Position numbers and translations under genes: made by a program. Under the pieces are notes generated by a model. That model was given only the letters and a program-made list of their open reading frames with translations. It was not told where the DNA came from and searched no databases. 64,000 nt of DNA from Selaginella moellendorffii (lineage: Eukaryota; Plantae; Lycopodiophyta), in assembly GCF_000143415.4 (NCBI RefSeq), contig NW_003314385.1, positions 215,296 to 279,295 of the forward strand, written 5' to 3'. Position 1 is the first letter of the stretch. Each line of letters begins with the position of its first letter. This document shows, piece by piece, positions 50,727 to 63,605 of this stretch.

Positions 50727-52472
50727 TCTCTCGAGCTTGCTCATCATCGAATCTAGCACAGGAAGCTCCTTGACAAGCTCTTGCCATTCAGGCATTCCCT
50801 GTAGCAGCACCCAAATCACTTTTGCTCTCTAGCCAACTAGATTAAGAAGATTTGCTTACCCGACCCGATTTGCGGATTCTCCCATCGAGCCGGAGCACAA
50901 TGAAAACCTCTTCGCCACCGGTTACTCCTTCCGACTCTTGCTGCTCAAAGATCCACCTGATTGTCGTTTCCACACTCTAAACGCTCAAACAAGGTAGAAA
51001 CAAGATACTCACCTCTCCCATTCTGCTTGAGAAACCACCTCCGCTACAAATCGCTTCTCACTCTCGAGCACTGCCTTCAGTGCCGCGTCCTGCGCTCGTT
51101 TTTGAAAATCATCCTGAATCACGAGAGAAAAGGGAAATTTAGGAACCACGGATTGGATAAGCTTACGCTGCCGGAGCCAGCTGCTGGAGCTTTTACGGAG
51201 CGTCCAAATCCTTTCTTCTTAGGCGTCTCGTCCTTTTTCCTCCACTCGACCGGAATCAAGAGCACGCCTCGTTGGAGGAGATCTTTGCGGTATCTCTCCG
51301 CCTTCTCCAAAGCTCCCTTGATCGACTCTTTGGTACCGGCCAATATCACCTTTCGCTCCAAGAGAACATATAAGCAAGCTTGGTTTGATATTGGAAAAAA
51401 AATTAAAATTCTTACCGGTCGTGTGATCCCTCGAAGTTGCACCACCTCCACGATGCGTCCAGTCCCGAGCCGGACAGGAAGCCTTGACAAAGTCTCGTTT
51501 CTTGTGATTTGAGACATTTGCGTCTCTTCTTTCTTGCTGTCCCAGATAAACAAGGACACAAAAGCCACTATACCTGTGAAAAAGCGCAACCTTGATTAGG
51601 TGAAAGCACACTCTCGTCACATTTACCTGCGAGGTCTATGGCCAAATTCTGTGCGGTCTCCGTGACGCTTGGAGCGTCCTCTCCCCCCTGCAGTGCCCGA
51701 ATGAGCCTCGGGACCGTGATGAAAGTCGCGATCCCAGCGGCAATCGTGAATGCGACGTAGAAAAACTTGCGAACGCCACGAAACGGTGCCTGGACTTCGC
51801 TGATGAGCTTTAAGTCTCTTCGGAAGCTGCTTCCAGTGTCTTCGCCACCTTTCCTAGCCTGTCCAGTGCACGGGAAAGCTCATCACTTCGGGCCCAGCAA
51901 AGATTGAGAGAGAGAGAGATTGGCTCAACCTCGTCCTGGAGAGCCTTGAATTCTGGAGACGCTCGGAAGGGAGCAAGGTCCGGATCATTGAGGATGACAT
52001 GAAACTTGACGTTGTAATCGCGCAGCGCTGTTTGCAATGCCTGTGCTGCTTTCGCGGGTTCTTCCCTGGAAACAAATGGTCACGAAAGGAGAGAAGAAAC
52101 GAAAGAGTCGAAGAAAGCACGAAACCTTGAAGCATGGCAGCAAGCTTTGTTGTAGTACGCGGCCTGCGCCTCATCGAAGTTTGGATTCATGGCCAGGGCG
52201 GTATCAAACTGATGCAATGCGTCCTTCACCTGCCTAGTGAGAACAAACCAACACGTATGGAATCATCCACATCCATGGAGCTTCGCTAAAGTACCCTTCC
52301 TTTGGAGAAGAGTGACAAGCCCAGATTGACGGCGTCGGTTGCTGTTTTCACCTGTGATTCGCTTCCATCCTTGGCAGCGCGCACCCTGATCGCGATCTTG
52401 GCGCGCCCAAATGCGAGGCGACGAGGGGCGGCACCACACCTGAGCGTCACGCACCCGGAAAAACACAAGACA

Positions 52473-52477
<5 letters not shown>
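50724..52477 (-). CDS. LPA1: LOW PSII ACCUMULATION 1 (TPR + DUF3493 thylakoid PSII assembly factor), multi-exon
   Basis: VNLGLSLFSKGRVKDAL, AYYNKACCH, ILNDPDLAPFRASPEFK.LQDEAR.GGED.G..FRRDLKLISEVQAPFRGVRKFFY, ITRNETLSRLPVRL; C-terminus GMPEWQELVKELP..LER*. Confidence 0.92.

Positions 52478-52550
<73 letters not shown>
52478..52550. repeat. (CT)n(CA)n compound microsatellite directly upstream of the LPA1 ATG
   Basis: Direct reading; reads as GA repeats on the LPA1 sense strand. Confidence 0.95.
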
Positions 52551-52690
52551 CAAAAGAGAAACCCTCTTATCTTTCTTTTGTGACCTCTACGAGGATCTTA
52601 GCCCGCGAGACATCGATCGTTCTTTACGTTTAGATAGAACCGCACTTTCTTTACCCTTTGCTCGAATCCATTTCCAGAGATAGCGGAGTA

Positions 52691-53746
52691 ATGGCGTCTT
52701 CTCTCGTTGCTACCAGGTCGCTCCTTCTCCCGCATCAATCTTGCTCCTCTACTCGAAGAAATGGCGGCCACATTGTAGTTTGCTCTTGCTCCTCCATGGA
52801 AGACTTCACCAGAAAAGCAGGCAAGCTCGCATTCGCTACAGTGGCGGCCACAGTCCTCCTCGCCGGGGTAAGCTCCTCGCCATAGACCATCTTTCACCTC
52901 CTCCTTCGACACAGCATTTGCCCGGTGTGGGCATTTGTGAGTTCTCTTAGAGACCTTGTGTCCCTTGTCTTGCATTGATAGGCAGCAGATGCCCGGCCGC
53001 GCCCCCGCTTCGGATCCAGCGACGAGGAGATCCGCGAATACCTGGACAAAACCCCCAGCTACGACGATCAAATGATGCGAGCCTATCTGGACGTCAAAGG
53101 TAAGTGGACAGGAACCAAATGCCCGAGCCCCGTCACCAGCGGTGGCACCGACGGTTTCAAGCTGGAACCCGGTGACTACTACGTGACCAACATGTGTTTG
53201 CAGCCAACCTCATACCAAGTCACCCGGAAGGCCGGGATTGGCGAGTTTGACATCTCGACAACGTACGAGACCAAGCTGCTTGCGAGGGTGGACGGGATCG
53301 AGGGCTCCCTGGCCGTGGCTCCAGACGGTGGTGTCAAGTTCGAGGAGAAGAAAGGGCTCAACACGGACACCACCATCGCCAAAGTCATCGCTAGGCTTCC
53401 CGGGAAGCAGGAGCTGGTGCCCTTCATGTTTGGGATCCAAGACCTGGTTGCGTCGGGCAGGCCGGAATCTTTCGGTGGCCAGTTTGTAGTTCCCACAGCG
53501 ACGATCCAACCGAAGAAACTGGACGTGGATGAGATCGAGCCGCTGGAGAGCACCACCACGGAGGGCAGCATTGTGTTCAAGGTGACGAGGAGCAACTTGG
53601 AAGCCAAGGAGCTGGGTGGCGAGTTCGAAACCAGCCAGCTCTCGGGCCTGGATCTACGGTCCAGATCCAACGCGGGCTTCCTCATTGGAAACAAGGAGAA
53701 GAAGAGGGTCAAGGTATCGGGCGTGTGGTATGCAAAGCTCGATTGA
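52691..53746 (+). CDS. Divergent PsbO (OEE1/MSP)-like protein with bipartite thylakoid-lumen transit peptide; exons 52691-52867, 52982-53746
   Basis: YLDVKG...CP, MCLQPTSY, LPG..LVPFMF and KVSGVWYAKLD; same intron position as the PsbO neighbour; ADA cleavage motif; the [14 protein letters not shown]...GYDNAVALP loop is absent. Confidence 0.88.
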
Positions 53747-53896
53747 TTGCTACGAGATAACTCTGATAGAAAGAATGTAAAGAAAAACAGTACCATGGAT
53801 TGGATATCTCAATCAAACAAAGCTAGATATCATATCCTTTGGCTTTGAAAGTGCCAGGTGGCGCGTGCCCATTGGTTTCTCCAGCTTGTGGCGGCA

Positions 53897-53910
53897 AACC
53901 TCTTATCCAT
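53897..53910. promoter_or_regulatory. I-box-like element (CTCTTATC = GATAAG on the minus strand) upstream of PsbO; same motif at about 52563-52570
   Basis: CCTCTTATC precedes both PsbO paralogues at similar distance; I-boxes are known in light-regulated genes. Confidence 0.4.
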
Positions 53911-53987
53911 ATATCCTCGCTATCCAAGAGCCCTAAACGCTCTGTTTAGCCCTAAAACAGAGCAGTGCTAGAGATCCAAGCAGCGCA

Positions 53988-55061
53988 ATGGCGGCATCGG
54001 TGGTAGCAGCCAAGGCCGGGCCATCGCTCCTCCAGCCCAAGCTCGATGCCTCTGCCGGATCATCCGCCAGCCTCCGCCCGGTGTCGGTGTCCAAGGCATT
54101 TGGATTGCGCAGCAATGGAGGAGGAGCGCGCCTCACTTGCTCCATGGAGGACATTGTCAAGAGGGCCACGGATGTGGGCAAGGTCGCCGTTGCCACTGCC
54201 GCAGCCACATTGCTCGTCGCAGGGGTAAGCAAAAGATCTCCTGAATTGAGAGAATTGGAGCAAGTCTGGTAGTGATTCTCATGAATTTTCCCCTGTTTTG
54301 TGATGCTCTAGACCGCCGCCGCGAATCCAAAGCGCCTCACATACGACGAGGTCCAAGCCCAGACGTATCTCGAGGTGAAAGGCAGCGGCACCGCCAACCA
54401 GTGCCCGATCCTGTCCGGTGGCGACGGAGGATTCAAGTTCAAGCCCGGCAGCTACAGCGTCAAGAAGTTCTGCCTCGAGCCCACGTCCTTCACCGTGAAG
54501 AAGGAGTCGCCATTCAAGGGTGGCGGCGATCAATACGTCGACACCAAGCTCATGACGAGGCTGACATACACGCTGGACGAGATCGAGGCCGACTTGAGCG
54601 TGGACGAGAAGGGAAACCTCAAGCTGGTGGAGAAGGATGGCATCGACTACGCTGCGGTTACCGTCCAGCTCCCCGGAGGCGAGCGAGTTCCATTCCTCTT
54701 CACGATCAAGGAGCTCGTAGCGACTGGCTCCCCGGATGGATTCAGTGGAAGCTTTCTGGTGCCGTCTTACAGGGGCTCCTCGTTTCTAGACCCCAAGGGA
54801 CGCGGTGGATCCACCGGGTATGACAATGCGGTGGCGTTGCCGGCCGGAGGCGCCGGTGACGAGGAGGAGCTCGGCAAGGAGAACCTCAAAGATACGTCGG
54901 GGTCGACCGGGAACATCACCTTGAAGGTGGCCGAGAGCAACACCGCCACTGGAGAGATTGCCGGAGTGTTTGAGAGCATCCAGCCCTCGGACACGGATCT
55001 GGGATCCAAGGCTCCCAAGGAAGTGAAGATCCAAGGTATATGGTACGCGCAACTTGACTAA
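53988..55061 (+). CDS. PSBO: Oxygen-evolving enhancer protein 1 (PsbO); exons 53988-54224, 54312-55061
   Basis: [81 protein letters not shown]. Confidence 0.98.
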
Positions 55062-55482
55062 AGAAAGAGTCACAAAATCGAGAGGAGAGATGATGTCCGC
55101 CGGATGTTTGATCAGGAAAAAATCCTTGCATAAGAAGGCTGTCATCTTCTCAAACGAGCGATCTCACATTGTAAAGTCTCAAATCCTTTTTAAACTACAA
55201 AGCTATTCCAAGATTCCATCTGTAGTAGCTAAAGCTAAGATCAAATCACATCTTGCCTAGATCAGCAATTTCAACGGTCACGATGGATTGAATCTTAACC
55301 GTCAGTTTGAACGGCCATGATCATTCTCTCTCAACTATAAACTAAAGGATAGGGTAAGAGTTTGCCACAATTCGTGGGCGGTGGTTGCGTTTCTTGGTGA
55401 GTGGCTATGGCGGTGTTGATTTCTTGCTTGGGTCGGTGTGTGTGATCTCTCAAGGATTTCGTGATTTCCTTACCGGATCTGA

Positions 55483-56454
<972 letters not shown>

Positions 56455-56824
56455 GTTCTCTACTGTGAATGTAAGTAACCTCTCTTCCATGCAATAAAAA
56501 ACGCACTGCCGCTTTCAACACCATCTAATTGATGTCGACAAGGTGTCTAAATATAGTATCAGAGTTCTAAAGCTAAACCTCCAACCCATCTAGTTTGAGG
56601 TGGTTGTGCATAATAAACAGCAATAAAAGAAAAGAACATAATTATTAGTAATACACTTTGGGAAGTCATTGAGATGATTGTAACAAAAAAATGTTTTTAA
56701 CCCTGTCCGTTTTAGGATTTTTCCACTTATACGTATAGAAGTCCCAGATGGCGTGACGAAAGCCCGCTGCAGAACTGGCATATTCTTCAAAACCCCACCT
56801 TTAAACAACACATTATGTAAGCTT

Positions 56825-58890
56825 TTACACAGCACCAGTTTTACACCATTGGCGATCTGCCTTAGTGACAGCGATAACAAGTGCTGCCACCCAGAACATC
56901 ACCACAACCACGTTGGCTATGGCCTCGTAAAACATGGCTGACCAGTGCCACTTTGGGAGATGGTCTCCCTCCACGAAATGTGGAACCTTTTCCTTGTAGT
57001 GAAGCAGCCCCTTGCGCTGCCCAGGCTTGTAGCTGGGCGGACACAAAATGTACACAATCGGTACAAGCATGTGTGTACAAGTTGAAAGAAGAAAGAAGGA
57101 CATTGCGATCACGTAAAAATCATGGCTGCAATTTCGGCCTCTTTGCTTCGCTACCCAGGAAATTCTGTAGGCCACCACTCCCAAGACCAGGAGTATGTAG
57201 ATGATGTGAACCTTTACATGTTTGAGCTTGACAAGGAAAAATTTGATCAAGGCTGGCTGCTTGGTGAGCTTGGCCTGTGCCGCAACTCGATCGGTGCTGC
57301 TTGTTGGAGTGAATGTGAAAGTGGAAGAGTACGAAAAAATGGACTTGTATATGGTTTGGAGGAAGAAGGGTGTCATCCACCAGAAATGTGACTCGTCCCG
57401 GTTACGACTCTGGATGGATTGTGGAAGACCGAGCCAGACTGAGATCCAAGAAAGGCGCCAGAAAATGAGGAAGATGGCGAGCTGGATGATAACACGCCGC
57501 GCCTCATGGGAGGTGCCGATCATGAGGTCCAAGTGAAGTGCAAGACAAACGATGAAGAGGAGAAGCATAACAAGGTTGACGATTGCGATGAAGTAATATC
57601 CCGTGTGCCAGAAGAAACTCACCTTGAGAACCAAGGAGAGTTTGCTCTTTGGCCCAAGCATCTCTCTCCATGTCGCAGAGAATTGCTGTATAGCTCCCTG
57701 GCACCACCGCTGCCGCTGCTTGATATATCCTTCAAACGTCCATGGTGTAAGACCAATCTAACAATCAAAGGGGGAGTCAACAAAAGTCACCGTGTTTTGA
57801 GCAACAGCAGACCTGAAGCTTGCGGTTGAGGTAGACGGACTTGAAGCCCTGGTTGAAGAGCTTGAATGCGGTCATGGTGTCTTCTGTGATTGACATTGGC
57901 TGGAAGCCTCCAATCTCGTCCAGATGTTTCCTTCGGAAGATTGCTCCAGTTCCAACGCAGGGTGCGGCCCCAAATGTGTCCCTGTGAATCATGACACGCT
58001 CGTAGCCAAATCCGCAAGCATCATTTAGAGGGTCTCCCACTGGCAGGTTATAAAACGATTGAGGGATTTGCACGAATGACACTTTGGGGTCCTTCACTAT
58101 GTGAGGGAGCAAAGTCTTCAGGAATGAGGGGTGAAGTATCATGTCTGCGTCCATCATCACCACGAACTCCGCGTCGGAATGCTCCAGGCCGTAGTTAAGG
58201 TTACCGCATTTGAAGTTGTGTGGGACTCCTGGAATCTGCAACAGTGAGATCATGAGCACGCACTGGGAAGGGAATAACAATATTGTAAGCTACCTTCTTT
58301 CGACGAAGATATTTGACACAAGCGCTCTCCAATTCCTCACAGTATCGTTTTAGCTCGTCGTCCCCTCCATCATCAAGGACCAAAACTCGAAACTGGTGCT
58401 TGGGATAATCCATGGCCAGGGCAGCCTGAATGGAATCCTCGGGAACGTCAGTGGGCTCTTTGCAGCAGGGAAGAAATATGTCAACCGTCGGAAGCTCTTC
58501 CCAATTCAACGATAAACTCTGACGGGGCAGCCATATTCGAGGCGGTAACACCAGATCCGCAGCCGAAATAACGCTGCTCGCAAAGTATATCACCTCGCAA
58601 GCCGTCAAAACTATAAGCCACGGCCTTCTCGCGAGCTCTCCGGGATGTTTAGAGTAAACATAGATCCTATAAACGAGGTAATTCGCAAATGCAGCTATAT
58701 GTGCACAAACAAGGATGCAGATAATAGTGTGCCAGATTAGCTTCCCCCAATGTGATGTCGATACTGGATGAAGAGAAGACGAATTGGATGAAGATGGAGA
58801 AGAAGAATCATGGGAATCGCTTTGATCACTAAGATCACTCGGTGGTGTCTCCTGCTGCTGCTGCAACTCAAGATCTTTAATGCTAGACAT
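56825..58890 (-). CDS. GT2 processive glucan synthase (moss AGlcS / fungal mixed-linkage glucan synthase-like), copy 1; exons 58890-58294, 58235-57813, 57757-56825
   Basis: DIFLPCCKEP, VLDDG, FKCGNLN, DADM, QIPQSF, CVGTG, ITED and QRQRW; 2 N-terminal and several C-terminal TM segments; no plant CesA zinc finger or P-CR/CSR inserts. Confidence 0.85.
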
Positions 58891-59495
58891 GTTACTATCT
58901 TAATGAGTTTCCTTCGTTCCAGAGAATTTATTCGTGAGCATAATTTACTTTTCGTACAGCTGCATTTGTGTATGGTTGGTTGCTGTCTTGCAAATTGTGT
59001 CTTGAATCGTGTAAAGTTCCACTGAGAAGAGTTATTTCGTAAGTATGTTAAGAACTGCAAGCGAAAACAAAATATCATGTGTAAAAGCCAGCTAAATATT
59101 CCGGTTTACATTGGTGGTGTACCATATGACGCCGACCAAATCAGAAAAGTCCACAAACTGCCTTCGAATCCAAATGTGTTTTTGCGAATCAAGTAGCGTG
59201 TTCAATTCTACTTCTTTCTGCTACCGACAACTTGTCATCGTCTTGCATTACAAGTTTGCTGTGATAACAGGGACAAAGGTTAGCATTCAAGACCGCCACA
59301 CTCACTGCGAGTCTGATGCCTCCTTTCACGAAACTTATATGCATCCCAATGTTGACCACTAGCAATCCTCAAGAGATTTCTGGGACAGAAAAGAGAATTC
59401 AAACTACATAAGAACTTTGGCTATAGGTCTTTTCTCAGAGATCGTTTGCCACTTTACTAAATAAAGAAGTGGCATGTACAACGAATGTTGATTGA

Positions 59496-61574
59496 CTATA
59501 TAGCACCTGCCTTACACCAGCGTCGATCCGACTTGGTGACGATTATAACTAGTGCCGCCACCCAGAAGATACTCGTAGCAACGTTGGATATCCCCTCGTA
59601 AAAGATTATTGACCAGTGCCACTTTGGGAGATACTCTCCCTCCAGAAACTGTGGAACTCCTTCCTTGTAGTGAAGCAGTGACTTGCGCTCCCCAGGCTTG
59701 TAGCTAGGTGGGCACAAGATGTACATAATTGGTATAAGCATGTGTGCACAGGTGGAAAGTAGAAAAAACGATATGGCGATCACGTAGAAATCATTCTGGC
59801 AGTTTTTGCCATCTTCCTCGGCTATCCAATAAATCCTGTAGCCAACCACACCCAAAACCAGGAATATGTAGATAATGTGCACTCTTACATGCTTGAGCTT
59901 GACAAGAAACTTGATCACCGCTGGTTGCTTCTTGAGCTTGGCTTGTGCTGCAGCACGGTCAATGTTGCTTGTTGGAGTGAATGTAAAGGTGGAAGAGTAT
60001 GAAAAGATCGACTTGTATATCGTTTTGAAAAAGTAGGGGGTCATCCACCAGAAATGTGACTCGTCCCGGTTGCGACTTTGGATTGACTGGGGAAGACCGA
60101 GCCATACCGCGAACCAAGACAGGCGCCAGCAGATGAGAAGAGCTGAGACATTGATAAGAATGCGTCGGCTTTCGTCAAAGGTGCCAACAATGAGGTCCAA
60201 GTTCAAGGCAAGGAGAACTATGAAGAGCAGGACCATAACAATGTTGAAAACTGAGATGAAGTAGTATCCAGTGTGCCAGAAGTAACACACCTTGAGTAGG
60301 AATGAAAGCCTGCTCTTTGGCCCAAGCATCTCTCTCCATGTCGCAGAGAACTGTTGTATGGCTCCCTGGCACCACCGCTGCCGCTGCTTGATATATCCTT
60401 CAAACGTCCACGGTGTAAGACCAATCTAACAATAAAAGGTGGAGTCAACAAAAGTCACCGTGTTTTGAGCAACAGCAGACCTGGAGCTTGCGGTTGAGGT
60501 AGACGGACTTGAAGCCCTGGTTGAAGAGCTTGAATGCGGTCATGGTGTCTTCTGTGATTGACATTGGCTGGAAGCCTCCAATCTCGTCCAGATGTTTCCT
60601 TCGGAAGATTGCTCCAGTTCCAACGCATGGTGCGGCCCCCAATGTGTCCCTGTGTACCATGGCGCGGTCATAGCCAAACCCGCTCGCATCATTTAGAGGA
60701 TCCCCCACTGGAAGATTGTAAAACGACTGAGGTATTTGTACGAATGACACTTTGGGATCTTTCACGATATGAGGGAGTAAAGTCTTCAGGAACGATGGGT
60801 GAAGTATCATGTCTGCGTCCATCATCACCACGAACTCCGCGTCGGAATGCTCCAGGCCGTAGTTAAGGTTACCGCATTTGAAGTTGTGTGGGACTCCTGG
60901 AATCTGTAACAAATGGTCATGAAAAAAGAACTGTTATAAAAGTTGACCTTTTCTCGACGAAGATATCGGACCGAAGCACTCGGAGGCTCAACATGCTCCA
61001 ATACCTCACAGTATTGTTTCAGCTGGTCGTCCCCTCCATCATCGAGGACCAAAACGCGATACTGGTGCTTGGGATAATCCATAGCCAGGGCAGCCTGAAT
61101 GGAATCCTCTGGAACGTCAGTGGGCTCTTTGCAGCAGGGAAGAAATATATCAACTGTGGGGAGCTCTTCCCAATTCAATGACAAACTCTGACGGGGCCGC
61201 CACATTCGAGGTGGTAACACCAGATCCACAGCTGCAATAACGCTGTTCAGAAAGTATATCACCTCGCAGATCGACAAAATTATCAGCCACGGCCTTCTCA
61301 CGAGCTCGCGGGGCTGCTTGGAGTAGACATAGAACCTGTAACCGAGGTAATTCACAAATGCAGCTATATGTGCTGAGACAAGGAGACAAATGATTGTGTG
61401 CCAGATTAGCTTTCCCCATGGAGATGCTTGAGGAGCAGCTAACACAGATGTGGATGATGAAGGAGAACTAGACAGAGAAGAAGAAGAAGATTCATGGGGT
61501 GCATTAGAATCACTATGGTCGCTAACATTATCACTTGGTTGCTGCTGCAACTCAAGATCCCCCACACTAGACAT
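59496..61574 (-). CDS. GT2 processive glucan synthase, copy 2; exons 61574-60948, 60903-60481, 60425-59496
   Basis: Same motifs and intron positions as copy 1. Confidence 0.85.
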
Positions 61575-62037
61575 GATGTTGTGGGAGGAGGAATCACTGG
61601 AACATCTTACATATTCATGTTTGAAAGGGTTATTATATTACGTGCCATGTCGTCCAGCTGTGCATTTTGGTTGAGCAGTCATTTTGTACATCATGGCGGT
61701 TGTGGACAGAAACCCAAACTTTTTAACCCAAACTAAGCTATCTTAGAAAATATCCTAGCACGGGACGACGTGAGAACGATTAAATAGAGGAGTCTAATAA
61801 ATGGCACTCAGCTCATTGTTTAGATACAAAGTAGTATTCAAGGGAACATAAACGAGCTGACTGATGAACTACTCCCTCGTGCGGACAACCTTGACAGACT
61901 AGCTAATTCTTTTACGTGATCATAAGTGGATTACAATGGTCTCTTTGAATAATAAATCAGATGTGTATTAACGAAGCAACTCCTCGGAAAACACTTGCAT
62001 GCAATGGAGTGATGAAAGAGAGCTGTATAAACCTTGT

Positions 62038-63490
62038 TTACTTGTTGACATACTTTTGAGAAGCGTTGAATTCCACCGAGTAGAGCCTCTCGGCCTCGCG
62101 GTTGCTCCCAAAGTTGACGCGCAGGGCAGACAGCTCCTCCCAAAGAAAATTGTCAGGGCCACCTCGCGATCCTCGTCAATGTCGAAACTGTAGTTATCCA
62201 GCTTCTCACAACCTGTTTCCGTGTAGCGTGGAACGTCGTTGCTCTTCGAGCTGAAAAAAGTAATCTTCATCGCCTTCTGATTACGATATAGCTATATACC
62301 GGAAAGAACGAGTGCGTTACCAACTGATCCTCCGTCACCTGCTTGAAAACATTTGACACCTCTCGATCCCAAAGCAGTCCAAGAACTTGTACTCTAGTGG
62401 ATCGACGTCCCAGCGAAAGATGTGGCTTGTGGAGATCCCGTAAGACTTTTTGGAGATTCTCGCGAGCACCACTCCTGTTCCATTGCCAAGAGCCACGGCA
62501 CCTCGGCAGATTGAGGATTAGAAGGGCAATCCACAGCTTCTTCGAATCGCACCTTGATCTTTTTCACCAACCAGAAATATGTACTCGATACCGTCAACTT
62601 TGTCAACATTCTCCTCGATCAGCTGGATAGTTTTGTTGATTTCGGTGTCAAAGATTGCGCACATCTCCTCACAGTCGATCTCAATCTCATCGTCGTCATC
62701 ACTCTGGAGCAAATCCCAGCTTCCTGTATCAAACTCCCTTCCATGCCTTCGACAGTTTTGGTGGAACTTTCATGAACTTGGAAAGAGTTCCGTCAAACGT
62801 GCACTTTCAAGTCCGAGCCACCAGCTCAAGATCCTGTGGACAACATCCGGCTCCTGCCGCTTGAAAGTGTCGAAGCAGCTCCAGAAAGTTAGAGTCGACG
62901 TAAGGACCACCTCCAAGTGTGCCGGAGCTAGCACGAGCTTCATGGACCCTGTGGGTGACGCAATTCTCCTTCTCGCGAGAAACAGTAGAATGACGCCACC
63001 TCGGGCTCCAAGATGATCCTCAGAGGGTAAACACAATAGCATCTGCGCTATCACAAAACTTACCTCCCACATCTCGGCGTAGACTTGCATCGCGTGCTTG
63101 GGCTGGTCAGTCCAGATTGCCAGAACTGTGAGGCACCACTGCACATCCCTCTTGCTAAAACCCCGGCTATAAGGTGGAGGACGATAAACTAACCTCTGCT
63201 TATCGATTACTTTCGTCTCGTTTGAATTACCTTCTGTGAGCAGCAGCTTGAAGTTGATCTTGAAAACACCGACGCGACGCTCGATATCCTCGGGGCAAGG
63301 TGGATCATCCGGGTGCTCTTCGGCCCACTCCGATCGAAACGCCTTTGAGACCACGACGAACTTGTCCTGCGCATTCCAGCTCCAATCCCCTCCTTCTTTG
63401 TATAAGATACTTCTGGGTTTTACAGTATGAGCTTGGAGCTCCAGGCCAAGTCGGTGAAAAGATGGACATCCTGTGGATCGGAGCGGGCAT
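62038..63490 (-). pseudogene. HSPA12-like atypical Hsp70, frameshifted and internally deleted
   Basis: NFKLLL, DVQWCLTVLAIWTDQPKHAM (cf. W.LTVPAIW...AK..M), YIFLVG and C-terminal FFGRS; pieces lie in different frames. Confidence 0.65.
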
Positions 63491-63605
63491 AGTTTTTAGT
63501 GAGATCTTCTAAATGACACTTCTACATGTTCTCACACAAAAACACAGATAGAGAAACATGAAGAACTACTAAGATAAAAAACATGGAGAAGAACTTGTTG
63601 ACACT

